This document shows, in pieces, positions 26,347-41,099 of a stretch of DNA of 64,000 nucleotides (its first letter is position 1; the number at the start of each line of letters is the position of its first letter). Source of the DNA: Eledone cirrhosa (taxonomy: Eukaryota); assembly GCA_964016885.1 (NCBI GenBank), contig OZ024745.1:25048001-25112000 (forward strand). The letters run 5' to 3'. The notes under the pieces are model-generated. The model ran no database searches. It was not told the origin of the DNA and saw only the letters and a program-made list of their open reading frames with translations. The position numbers and the translations under genes were made by a program.

Positions 26347-28978
26347 AAACTGAACAGTTCAAGTAAAGACTTAAATTTTCAATATGATGCAGTCATATTA
26401 ATGTTTTGTACTTTTCAAGACTACCTTGCTAATATGGTTTCATATGGTTTGTAAATTCAAATGTTTATAGTATATTCACTAGTGAAGAGATCATTGTGAA
26501 AATTTGCAGTAAACTAAAGTAAAAACTAATATTTAATGTGATACAATCATAATGCTGTTTTATACTTTTCAAGAATATTTTGCTAATGTTTGTTAATTCA
26601 AATATCTATAGTATCTTTACTAATGGACAGATCGTTGTGAAAATTTGCAGTATTAGACTAAAGACTTTTTTAATGTGATGCCGTCATAGTACTGTTTTGT
26701 ACTTTTCAAAAATGTCTTGTTAATGTGGTTTCATATGGTACAAAACGTTAAGAGCTAAAAAGGGCTGCATGTTCTTGTTAGAATAGAATTATGGTCACAA
26801 AAATGAGTAAAGCAAACAAAAAATTAGTCTAAATGTTTTTATCACAACTGTTGGTAGGGTAGAGAAATTGAAACCTATGAACACACATTGGAGAAAAGAA
26901 AGGATTCAGCCGCTATATCGTACCAAAGAAAACTGGTCTTTTCATTGCTGATACAATCTGTTGGTTACAACTCCTGGCAGAACAAAGGATCTCATTGTCA
27001 GATTGGACCAAGGAAATGAATGTTTCCATTGGTTTTTCCCCATTGCTGACAATATCTGCCAGTCACAACTCTTGACAGAAGGAACAATGTGTAATAAAAT
27101 ATCCTACTCAAGCACACATGCTGCCCAATCCAGGAATCAAACCAATTTAACCTTATACTCCATGGAAGAAAAAATAGAAAATATAGTAAAAAAAAGGTGT
27201 CAAAATAAAAAAAAGATACAAGATCTTTTAAGATGTTTTTTTATGTGTATGAATAAGTGTTTTAGTGAATTTAACATATTTCTAATAAAAAACACTGCCT
27301 AGCATCTTTAAATAATTTTGAAAATAATCAAGAATTTGGAGGGATTTACTAATATAACTAACCTTGTCATTATTAAGGTGTTTAGATGATAAAATAAGTT
27401 CTTACATAAAATTATGATGAAAAGTTTTTTGATAAATATAAACACTTTAAAACAAACAGTTTTGTATCATAGAACAAGAAGTGGTTTGGTATCAAAGGTT
27501 AACAATACAGATATCTTGAACAAAACACTCATTTGATAAGATTAAGTGAGTAAAATATCGAGTTGAAATATTTTATAATTTAATTAAAGAAAAAAAAAGA
27601 AAAAACTCTCAGTTAAATAACTTCTATATTGGAAAATATCACCTCACCCTTTTTTTTAAGGAAGCGAAATTAGGGTATCATATATCCAGTACAGGGAAAT
27701 ATATTGAGACATGGGTCATTTGTGTGACACACAGACACACATGTGTTTTGGACCTGCTTTCATTCTAACAATCAGTGCTCCAGTTGATTCAATTACTGGA
27801 ACAGCCTGCTCATGAAATTAACATGCAAATGGTTGAGGATTATATAGACATGTGTACCTTTAAAGTAGTTCTCATAGAGATTCAGCATGACACAATGTGG
27901 GACAAGACTGACCCTTTGAGTTACAGATACAATTCATTTTTTTTTCCAGCTGAGTAGACTGGAGCAATGCAAAAAAGTATCTTGCTCAATGACACAACGT
28001 GCCACCAGGAATCAAACTCAGAACCACATCATTGCGAGCTGAAAAATCTAAACATTAAGCCATGCACCTTCACATGTGACACAACAATATGCACACATAC
28101 ACACACTTATCCCTTTCTTTCTTGCTCTTGGGAACTTAAAGCCATATTTGAATGTTTCTCAGCAAAAATGTTGGTAGTTTCTAACATTGTAAATTATTTT
28201 TACTGCAGAAAGAGGAGCCAGAACAAGGCAAAGTACTGGTCAGCAGTTTAGAAGATAAGATAGAGAATGATCATCAAATTAGACCAAGGAAACCATGTTT
28301 CCAGTGATTTTTCCATTGCTGATACTATCTGTTAGTTACAACACCTGGCAGATGAAAGAAAGTGATCGTCAGATTGGACCAAAGAGCTGATCATCAGATC
28401 AGATCAAGGAACCCATGTTTTCATTGGTCTTTCTGGCAAAAGGAAGAAGCTGATTATCAGATTAGACCAAGGAAACTATGTTTCCAATGGAGTTTCAAAT
28501 TACTGGTAAGGTTACAATTCCGAGCAGAAGAAAGGAGCAGATCATTAGATCAGATCAGGCAACTATGTTTCTACTGGTCTTTCCATTGTTGAAACTACTA
28601 TCTGCCAGTCATAAGCTTCTAGCAGATGAATCACAGCTTTTCTGATAACAGGAGGTGGGATTTGACACTCGAAATATTTCAAGTAGAATCAGATAGAATT
28701 GTTAAAGAGTTGACACCTTATTCTATCAGTGGATTGGAGTGGTACTTTATTTAAAAAATATAGTGGTTTTTAAAGAGGAGAAAGTTCAGTTATTACTAAC
28801 AGAATTAAATTACTAACTTATAAATGAGACCAAAAAATTACATAACTGAAAGGAAAAGCAGGGAAAATAGGATATATAGTTGCATGCTTCTGAATGGCTA
28901 AAATGACTTTTCATGATGTAATTACCTTACTTTTAATGCACAGTCTCATATCAAGTCACGTGCCAGACAAGTACAACT

Positions 28979-28980
<2 letters not shown>

Positions 28981-29032
<52 letters not shown>

Positions 29033-29205
29033 CACACATTCACACACACATATATATATACACACACACACACACATATATATATACACACACACACACA
29101 CATATATATATACACACACACACACACACATATATACACACACACACACACACATATATATATACACACACACACACACACATATATATATACACACACA
29201 CACAC

Positions 29206-29286
<81 letters not shown>

Positions 29287-29302
29287 CACACATACATATA
29301 TA
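28981..29302. repeat. Compound (TA)n/(CA)n microsatellite
   Basis: Direct inspection; it generates the spurious IY/TH and CV ORFs. Confidence 0.95.
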
Positions 29303-30739
29303 CAATTGGTAGGTTTGATACACTGAACAAGTGAACCAGTATTCAAAAAGGGCTCAATGCACATGATGCGTGAGAATGATTGGAGGCATGAACACAGCAG
29401 CCGAGTATAAATATCATATCTCTTTATTAATGCTGTTCCATACAATTGTTTCAATGTTACCCAATATATGCTAGTTGCATATTGTGCATCTGGTTTAGAA
29501 TAGGCACACCATATCCCTGTGTATCATAGGAGAGAACTAAAAGGATTGGTGCTAGGAAGGGCAACCAGCTGTAAAATATTGCCTAAAAAAAAACAAAAAA
29601 AAAACAAAACACCCCCATGAGCATGAAGTTTATTGCAGGACCCGGAAGGCTAATCCCTGCTTTAGCAGGGAAAATGACCTTGAAAATGACCTTAAAACGC
29701 TTGTTGTATTGTATATATATATATATATATGTGTGTGTGAGTAAATATATATATATGTGTGTGTGTGTGAGTAAATATATATATATGTGTGTGTGTGTGT
29801 GTATATATATGTATGTTTCAACACAGTTTCAGATCAAATCACATGCCAGATTCCAGACAAAAACAACTTCAGGAAAAAAAAAGAAATTAAAATTTGTTGA
29901 TTTAAAGAGAATGATGAAATAATTAATTTTACTGCCAAACAAAGTTTTTTTCTTTTTCCTCACACATATTTTTTTCGTCTTTGCAAATTCAAAGTTGCAA
30001 ACAAGAAACAAAAAACAAAAATATGAATGAAATCACCAGCCTTAGTATAAGACAGGCGAGCCCTAGATATATCTCAGATATCCTTTCTCATTTTCTGTGG
30101 TCATCCTTGATTCACTAAAACAGGACAGATGATGAGTGAGAAAGAGGAGTAGGGGGAACTATGATAGGGTATATTTTTTTGTGGTTCCTTAAAATGTGGC
30201 AAACAGTTTTATGGATAGGGAAAAAAATAAAGAGTTCTGTTCATACATAGCATTATTGTTCTTCTTCATTAAGATAATTATAACAACAACAATAATAATA
30301 ACTATTATCATTATTATCATTATTAATTAATTATCATTAACATTGTATTGTTGTAAATTAACAGAGTAAACCTGCTAATTAAAGTCCCTCTCAGTTATAT
30401 GAGTTACTCCCACTTTTGGTTATGTACATAGGAAAAAAAGGTAAACTAAGGTAAAAAAAAAAAAAAAAGAAAAATGGTGAAAAACAACACCATCTTGCTC
30501 CCTTTTATGATAATGGACTGAAGTTCCTTTGTGGTTGGGGGTGGTTATTTTTTCCTCATACTTATTTTTCATTTTTTTTTTTATGGTTACAGATATAGTT
30601 TAAACAGTATCTGGTGGTCTGCTCACAGTACACAAGTCACTGCAATATAGTCTTGTTGTTATTATTGTAGTTGTTGTTGTAGTAGTAGTAATCAGCTGCT
30701 TGTTGTTGTTATTATTGTTGTCTCACTGCTTCTCCCATT

Positions 30740-31195
<456 letters not shown>

Positions 31196-31212
31196 TTAAT
31201 GATTTGATTAAA

Positions 31213-31245
<33 letters not shown>

Positions 31246-31310
31246 CATACATACATATAGGAAAAGAGTCAGGACCCCGACGGCTGAACTCCGGCCGTTT
31301 CAACTATATA

Positions 31311-32104
31311 TATCATCATCATCATTGTTTAACATCCATCTTCCATGCTAGCATGGGTTTAGACGGGAATTGTCCCACTTGAGGCAAGATTGGTTGTCTT
31401 GCTCAGGACTGTCTGGCAGGTTTTCTATGGCTGGATGCCCTTCCTAACACCAACCACGTTTACAGTGTGGACTGGGAGGTTTTTACCGTGTTACCTACAC
31501 GGCCACATTACAGCGTGGACTGTGTGTTTTTTTGTTGTGACACCTACACCACCTCATTTATTTAGGACTGGATGTTGTGGTACCAACATAACTTTACAGA
31601 GAAAGGGGTGGGGGAGTTGGAGTAGTGGGATGGGGGTGTATATTTGATTAAGAGGTGCCTACTGACTGTAGGTTTCGCTTTGTACATAGGCAAGGCGGGT
31701 TTTCTGTATTACTGCATAGCACCAAAGATCTCGGTTCAGTGACATTGTCTTGGAGAGGTGTAAGTGTGTAAGGTTGGAATTTATCAAATCGTCCCAGGTT
31801 TTTCTGGGTCTACCTACTCCGTAACTTCTGTCAATTTTGATCGCCCTGCACTTTTTTATACAGCTGTCGTCTTTCATGTGCATCAAGAGACCATACCAAC
31901 GTAGTCTTCTCTCGAGTAAACAGCATCTGATCCCTCTTATACCTAATTTCTCACTTAGTTCATTTATGCTTTGCTGTTCACATATGTTACTATTACACAT
32001 CCAGCGGAGCATGCATGCTTCGTTCCTCTCCAGTCTGCGCAGATCCTCTGCACACAATGCCCATGTCTCACTGCCATGTAACATAGCTGTTTGTATGCAG
32101 GCAT
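31311..32104 (-). mobile_element. RTE family A 3' fragment (more diverged)
   Basis: ACIQTAMLHGSETWALCAED.. through the 3'UTR and tail; both ends abut (TA)n. Confidence 0.85.
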
Positions 32105-33091
32105 TATATATATATATATATAAACTTTGGTTCTTTTGGTTGCCTTGATAAAATATACCTGGCCCACTCTGTAAAGTAGTCATGATGGTACCACAATAAA
32201 GCACACCTAGCCTACACTGTAAAGTGGTAGTGCCATGCTAAAAAACACCCAGTCTACTCTGAAAGGTGATAATGCTGGTTCAACAATAAAATGCTCCCAG
32301 TACACTCTGTAAAGTGGTTGGCATTATGAAGGGTATCCAGCCATAGAAACCAAGCTAAATATAGAATGTATGTGCATGCTGTGGTCATCTGAATGGTTAA
32401 GCCTCAGAACATAACAACCTGTCTAACCCATGCAAGCATGGAAAATAGACATTAAATGTTGATCACGATATATATACTAGTGCTGGGCCACAATAAAATA
32501 CAGCCAGTATACTCTGTCAAATACTAGTGTTGGTACCACAATAAAATGCACCAAGTCCATTCTGGAAAGTGGTAGTGCAGGTGTCATGGAAAATATAAAT
32601 AGTACACTCGGTGAGGTGGTTGGCATTAGTAAGGGCGTCCAGTCATAGAAGTTATAACAAATATGGAATATAATGAGCAAGATTATTCACTCCAATCCTT
32701 CTGGTCTCAGACTGTAAAGTAGTCATGATGGTACCACAATAAAGCACACCTAGCCTACACTGTAAAGTGGTAGTGCCATGCTAAAAAACAGTCCAACCCA
32801 TGCCAGCATGGAAAGAAGATGTAAAATAATGATGATGATGATAGCGTATATATATATATGGTTAGGAAGGGCATCCAGCCGTAGAAAACCTGCCAGATAG
32901 TCCTATATGAGCGAAACACGGTCACCCGACCAGCCTTGCCTCAAGTGGGACAACTCCCGTCTAACCCATACTAGCGTGGAAAATGGACGTTAAACGAAGA
33001 TGATGATGATGATGATGATGAGATATATATATATATATGCATATACAAGCAGGGAAAAGCGGACATAAAATGATGATGATGATGATGATGA

Positions 33092-33127
<36 letters not shown>

Positions 33128-33129
<2 letters not shown>

Positions 33130-34197
33130 TCATCATCATCATCATCAGCGTTTAACGTCCGTGTTCCACGCTTGCATGGGTTTGGACGGGGGTAGTCCCA
33201 CTTGAGGCAAGAGTGATTGTCTTGCTCGCATAGGACTGTCTGGCAGGTTTTCTACAGTTGGATGCCCTTCCTAACACCAACCACATTTACAGTGTGGGTC
33301 TGGGAGGTTTTTACCGTGTTGCCTACACGGCCACATTACAGCGTGGACTGTGTGTTTTTTTGTCGTGATACCTACACGATCTCATTTGTTTCGGCCTCGA
33401 TGGCGCGGCACCAACATAACTTTACATAGAACGGGGTGGTGTGGATCGGGTGGGGGTGGTGGGACGGGGTGTATTTGTTAGAGATGCCTACTGGCTGGAG
33501 TAGGTTTTACTATATATTTAGGTAAGGCGGGTCTTCTCTGTTACTGAGTACCGCCAAAGGTCTCGGTCCAGTGACATTGTCTTGGAGAGGTGTAAGTGTG
33601 TGATGTCGGAGTTTATCAGCTCGTCCCAGGTTTTTCTAGGTTTGCCTATTCCGTGACTACCGTCTATCTTTATTGCCCTGCACTTTGTTATACAGCTATC
33701 GACTTTCATGCGCATCACGTGTCCATACCAACGTAGCCTTCTCTCGAGTAAACAACATCTGATCCCTCTTATCTCTAATTTATTCCTTAGTTCGTTTATG
33801 CTTTGCCGTTCACGTATATTACTGTTACACATCCAGCGGAGCATGCAAGCTTCGTTCCTCTCTAGTCTGCGTATATCCTCTGCACACAATGCCCAGGTCT
33901 CACTGCCATGCAGCATTGCTGTTCGTATGCAGGCATCGTACAACCTGCCTTTCATTTTTAGTGAGAACCCTTTAGCAGCTAATAGTGGTATAAGCTCTCT
34001 GAACTTTTTCCAACCAGTTCTGACTCTAGCTACAGTACTTTCAGAGCACCCTCCCCCACTGCTGATTTTATCGCCCAGGTAACGGAAGCTGTCCACTATT
34101 TCTATAGAACCCTCTGCGCAATTGAAAGAGCTAGTAGTTTGTGGGCACTTGCTGCTACTTATTGCACCAGAGCACCGGCCACATGTAAAATCTATGT
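33128..34197 (-). mobile_element. RTE family A, young 5'-truncated copy
   Basis: Translation nearly identical to 20175-20851; tail is (GAT)n; both ends are in (TA)n. Confidence 0.9.
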
Positions 34198-34577
34198 GGC
34201 CGGTGCTCTGGTGCAATATATATATATATATATATATATATGCTATATATATATATATGAATATATCGTATACAAACACACATGACAAATTATGATTGAT
34301 ATAGAAGCTAATAACACAACCTGAAAAAAATGTATAGCTGAAGGCTGTCAAATGTTTTTCATAAACATCTTGTATAGAACACCTACATATATGTGGTATA
34401 ACGCTATGTTGGAACACCTATCCTAATTTGTTTAATTTAAGCCTGGCTAGTTACCTCTCTATATGTAAGGGAGCTTCATCAGCTCATCTACATAGGTGAG
34501 AAATCTATAAAATTCTAGCTTATTTTTGTCCCAATGGAAACTGGGGGGGGGGGGGGGGGGGTTCCCTTAACCCATAT

Positions 34578-34948
34578 AGAGCATTGGGCTTGCAATCGAA
34601 AGGTTGTGAGTTCAATTTTCGGACCGGGTGATGTGTTGTTTCCTTGAGCAAGACACTTTATTTCACATTGCTCCAGTTTACTCAGCTGTAGAAATGAGAT
34701 GATAGGACCGGGGTCCCTATCATTCCACTGCAAAGTGGTCGTGGAGGTGCCACGGCAAAAAAGCACCCAGCATTCACTGTAAATGAGGTTGGTGTTAGGA
34801 AGGGCATCCAGCTGTAGAAATCAAGCCAGAATCTGTTCCCATATGAGCAAGACAAGGTCAGTCGACCGGACACTGCCCGCAACAGGACAACTCGTCTGAC
34901 CCATGCTAGCATGGAAGAACGGACGTAAAATGGTGATGATGATGATGA
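34578..34948 (+). mobile_element. CORE-type SINE with long RTE-B-type tail
   Basis: SINE head and CORE as at 1339; the 3' part matches the RTE-B 3'UTR (61040-61148). Confidence 0.85.
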
Positions 34949-35475
34949 TATATAGTTCAAAGAGACAATAAATAGACTACATATATATATATATATACAC
35001 ATATGTGTGTGCCTGCTGGTAAGGACACACGATGCATATGGATGATGATCGTTGTATGAAGAAATGCCAAGAGTTCCCAGTGGAAGGAAACTGCATTAGA
35101 GGATGACCAAGAAAGATGTGGTGGACAGCTGTGCTACTGAAGACTTGTTCAACACATACAAGCATGAAAAATGATCATCATCATTTCTAATTTCCATACT
35201 TGCACGAATTAGATGAGTCCTCCCTAGTATAACATCTCTACACTTATCTCTCTTTTTTATCATCTCCTCTGTGAGATGTAATCTCTTCAGATCCACTTTC
35301 ATCACCTCTGTCCAGGTTTTTCATGGTCTTCCTATTCCATTGCATCCTTCCATTTGGAACTGCTGGCACTTCTTCACCCAATGATCATTGTTTTTATCAC
35401 CACATGTCTGTACCAACATACTCTTCCTACATGCAACATTTGATTTTTCTTATGGTCATTTTTTTTTCTGTCTCA

Positions 35476-36042
<567 letters not shown>

Positions 36043-36114
36043 TTAATTAATCCTAAAAGGATGAAAAGTGAAGCTGATCTTGGTCGAATTGGAACTCGGA
36101 GCACAGAGAGCCAG

Positions 36115-36720
36115 AGCAAATACTAATGTATTTAATCTGTGTTTGGTGTTCCCTGCATCTCTCTTGGTCCAGAGTGTTGGCAAGCACCATGAACACCTTA
36201 TTGTGGCGCCATCTATATCTCCTTTGAGCAAGAGCTGTTTTATATCCTGATAAAATGTGTGCCATGGTGCCTCTTTTCCCACAGAGCCTACACAATTCAT
36301 CCTACCTCATGCTCCACCTGTGCAGATTTGTTGTGGTTGGTAGGGTATCATACACCGATCACAACAGGATGGAGATTCGGAAATGTTCCAATCTCCATAA
36401 ATCTGCCCGAGTAATTTTCCTCTTAGGGAGGTTCCAGTAGGTCCAGGCTCCCTGGGATGCTATTTCCACAACTCTTGATTTTTATCTTTCCTCCTCCTGG
36501 TGCCATACTTCTTTCTGGATCAAGGCTCTCTTCTTTTTGTGTGCCTTTCTCCATAGTTGGAACTTCCTATTTCCAAGCCCTTCTCTTCCTGTGTATGTTA
36601 TTCCGATGATGTCCTGTAACTTCAGCATGCTTTCTGTTTGTGTCAGAAGCATCAGCTGTCCATTTATGTCATCTTTTGGTGACACCTGCATCTCTGACTT
36701 GTGCATCCTGTGAGACTTTA
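36115..36720 (-). mobile_element. HERO-like (RLE-type) non-LTR retrotransposon fragment
   Basis: ESMLKLQDIIGIT.TGREGLG, RSVYDTLPTTTNLHRW, CRLCGKRGTMAHILSG..ALAQRRYRWRHNKV (zinc knuckle plus RHN/RHD motif). Confidence 0.75.
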
Positions 36721-39700
36721 AACTTCCTCATCATGCTGCCATGTACATGAATCAAACTTACAACCTTTTGATTGTGGGTCCAACATCCTTACCACTAGGC
36801 TATGTGCCTAGTGGTAGTTATTGGTGGGCTGGTATCATACAGAACTGGGTCCTCTATCATTAAAACACCTAAAAAACCTTGTATGAGGCCAGTTAAGCCT
36901 ACATAGATGTAAGCTGTAAATTTCATTTTTTTTTAACCGACAAAAAAAAAAAAAGAAAAAGAATAAAACTTTTCACTCTTGGCTGGATGGTGTATCTCAG
37001 CTGCACCATCTGGTGGACAAGAAGGTTGTGGAGAACAGCCAGAGATAGCCTCTACATAAGCAATTTTACCTGACAGGAGCAAACTCTATACCTTTGACTG
37101 GAGTGTATATCTCAGTTACACTCTGCAACAGACAAGATGACAAAGGTATTACTGTGGATAAAAGCTAGTGACCCACACAACATCAGCCATTCCATCTCAG
37201 GAGTTAACTCTAAACCCTTGGCTAAACGTGATATATCAGTTGTGCCTTGTAATTCAAATTGTGATGGATTTAACAGAATGACTAACAAATTGATAAGTAT
37301 TTTATTTCCATCTTCTGAATATGTATTTATACATGATGTGTAGTATTGGTGGTAACATCTGTTAAATTAGGTTTGTTATTTTGATAATATTTGCAGAGTT
37401 TTGCAGGCTGTATTGATTTGTGTGTGTGGGTATGTAATTAGCCGCGTAAAGAATATTAACAACTTCTTTAGTGCCAGAGCTAAGATAAATTACACCCACT
37501 ACACTCTGTAAGGCTGTTGTTGAAAAGAATCTTGTCACACCTAGGATATAACAATCTTTTTAAGTGCCAGAACCATGATGAAATACACCCAGTACACTCT
37601 GTAAAGTTGCTAGCATCAGTCAAAGCAGCAAGATGTGAAATCATGCCAAATAAAGGGTCAATAAAACTCTTCAGCCACGTCAAGAATATGACAACCTCTC
37701 TCACCCAGTACACTCTGTAAGGTTGTTAGTGTTAGTCAAGGCATCCAACCATGAAAAGCAAGCAAAACAAAGGGTTGAGAGGAGTCTTCAATTATGCTAA
37801 GGATATTACAACCTCCCTAGTGCTGGAGCCATGGTAGAATGCATCCAGTACACTCTGTAAAGTGGTTGATATTTAGAAGGACATCCAACCATTGAAACCA
37901 TGTCAAAACTGTAACATATATAAACAAAGTCTGTCTGGGGCACATGTATGTATACTATCCTGATATAAAATAGATGTATTTTAAAGCAATAGTAACAACT
38001 CAAGGGTACTTGATAACTGTTTAAATGGTATGAAAGACTCACTAGTAAGGCAGTTACAAAGGTTTGAGATTCCTGGTTAAACTACAGCTTTTCTCTCTAT
38101 CTAACTATCACCCACTTAGAAAATACATTTAGTGTTGTTTCATAAAACAGTAATGTTGATTAGTCAATACACACACAAGCACATTTAGACAGAGAGAAGA
38201 TATAGAGGTACACATGCACCCCATGACAGACATTGGCACACACACACAAATACACATACATATAGACTGACACACACACAGAATAAAAACTGATTATTAC
38301 AGTTAATTTGTTCCCTGTAAAATCTGTGCTAATCAGAACCGTATCAATTACACAATGTAATGTACAATAAATAGAGTAATTTGGGTGAAGAACCTTAAAA
38401 AAAACTTGGCTGAAACTCCTCATCAGTTTAGTCTCACAGCAGGGCTGACTGCATAATAATGTAAGCAGTGGAAATATCTGGTAGCCTGGATCTTGAGCTA
38501 CCACTCTATTTGCCGTGATAGGAACTGAGATGGTCATCCACAAGAACAAAGTCCATGAGATGAACTGACTTCTTGTGGAAACATCTAGTGTTCTAGGTCC
38601 CTGAACCACCAACTTACTGGAGATGGACAATCTCCTAACAGTAACCACTTTACAGCACGTACAGGGACATTAATCATGATGACTATCAGAAATCAGCAAT
38701 CATTAATATCAAAGGTGTGAAGAGAAATAATACTACAAACATGTATACAACATACTTGTTGATAATTTTACATGTCTGAACATGTATTGAATATACATTA
38801 TGACTATCATTATTTTACATGAGTTTTCCATAAAGCATAGTACTTAACTGGAGTCACTGTTCTAGATTAGTCATGAGTCCACGTCTCACTCCGATACATT
38901 CTATTTTGGCAGAAGTTTCTATGGTTGGAGGCTCTTCTTAACACTAACCACTTTACAGAATGTACTAAATGTATTTTATCATGGAACCAGCACAAATACC
39001 CTATACAATGTACTAAGCACATTTTATCATGGCATTTTATTGGTACTAGGGAAGTTGTCTTAGCCTAGATGTGACTGAAAAGTCCTCTTTATTTTTTTTG
39101 GCATGATTTCTAACAACTAAATGAGTTGAATTTACACAGGTGGCTAACTCCTGCTTCTTGTTGTCATAAATGTCTAATGGCTGGATATCCTTCCTATCAC
39201 CAACCACTTTACCAACTGTACTGGGTGTGTTTATCGTGCAAGTTGTGTCCTTGACATAACTAAAGAGTTCTCTAGACACTTTTTGGCAGTTTCTAAACCA
39301 ACCACTTTACAGAGTGTACTGAGTGCATTTTTCATGACACCAGCTCTACAGAGGTTGTTACTCAACTGAAAAGCCCTCTCTAAATGTTTCTAATTTGTAG
39401 ATATTCTTCTCTTTGATAGTCAAATTTTATTTCAAAACATTCAAATATATTTCTAAGATAAAAAGCATATAAAAATAATAAAGAATTAAATTCAGCCCTG
39501 GGTACAATCCAACACTTTCGTCAACCTATCTTTACTAAAAAAACATGGACAACATGGTCGAGGTGAATGACACGTGCTCAAGATGCCACGCACTAAGACC
39601 GAACATGGAACTTAGTAATTGTCATATTCAACTTAACTAACTTCCGACACATCAAAATACTACATAATACCACCCGCCACACACCCCACTCCTCACACAA

Positions 39701-40569
39701 ACCTACAGATTTCTGGGCATAAATAACTACAGTTAAGTCTCACCGACTGTTTCCTTTATAGCTTTCTTAATAATAGTTTCTACTATAGGCACAAGGCCAG
39801 CAATTTGAAGGGGTGGGGAAAATCGACCCCAGGACTTACAGGTGCTTTATTTTATCAACCCCGTAAGGATGAAAGGCAGAGCTAACCTCGACTATTAATG
39901 TGTAGAATATTTTGGTAAAATTTAAGAAAAAAATATTCTTTCACAATTCCAGCATAAAATCTATATTATTTATTCTAATTGACATTATTCATCATCAATA
40001 TAAAATTGGAGGATATGACATAAAAATACAGATCGAAAATATTCGATATTAACGAACGGAAGTTCACACACAAATCGATGTGTCTTGAAAATTTTCTTTT
40101 TCTAAACTTTATCAAAAACTTAATCGAAATTTAACAACTTCGAAAATGTGTTTCTGTAAAATATCATTACAAAATATACATTAAGAACAATTTTATTTAA
40201 AAAAAAGACATTTACAACCACAAAAACCCCAAACAGGTGCGTGGTTAAGGAGTTTATATCTAACACTGATCACACGGACTACGTACTAATTCAATTAATA
40301 TTTGAACGGTTGAAGCAGTGTTATTTAAAACACCCACTTTCTTTGTGTCTACGTATGTATATGTTTAGGTTCCGGAGATCGATAAAATAAGTACCAGGAA
40401 CGAAAAAAGCTTTGCTTCAGTATGACTGCAGTCTAATGACTGAAACAAGCAAAAAAAAAAAAAAAATCAATAATTATGTAAATTATTCCTAGGAAAAAAA
40501 AATGAAAATAAATAAAGGAAGCAACATTATCTCGGGAAAATGACATAAAATTGATGATAAAAACAATAC

Positions 40570-40800
40570 GACGTTGAGATGACTTCGGTGTGGCTTGGTT
40601 AAATAGGACACGTGGCAAACACGATCGGATATTAGAAAATACAGCACTACTATTTGACAAAACAACAGAACCTGCCATTTAAGCTTACATGGTTGCTCCA
40701 AGTTGTGCATTTCATTAGGAGGGCGGGGGACCTCGCGTCAACTGATTTTAATTTAAGAGTAAAAAAGGGGGCTGTATTCGCCATTGGCTGCTACTAACAC
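40570..40800 (-). promoter_or_regulatory. Promoter-like CpG-retaining island with candidate first exon
   Basis: GGGCGGGG box (~40721), CCAAT on the minus strand (~40783), CACGTG (~40609), AAATGGC start context at 40678 and local CpG retention. Confidence 0.35.
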
Positions 40801-41099
40801 AAGCAGTTTATATGGAACATATATATGTGTGTGTGTTAGAAAATATCTGTGCGTACGTATATTCGTCTGTGTGTATATATATATATATATATATGACTTA
40901 GGTGTTCTCTCCTTCCCACCTAACTGTTTCCAAATAACTTTCTTAATGCATATTTTACAGAGATACATTTTCGAAGATATATTATGTTACGTTGATTATT
41001 TGTTTAATATCATTTCCACTCAGGGAGTTGCCAGTGATCTTAAAACGAAAGTTACCTAATAGTGTTTATATGTAACTTACATTTACTACGTAAACAACG

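Noticed and set aside
28926-28980. AG...GT-bounded minus-strand mini-exon
   Set aside because: Stop codons in all three frames, and the acceptor lacks a pyrimidine tract.
28894-29454. Long ORFs rich in IY/TH/CV
   Set aside because: Translations of (TA)n/(CA)n microsatellites; the same applies to ORFs at 4560, 9246 and 48814-49066.
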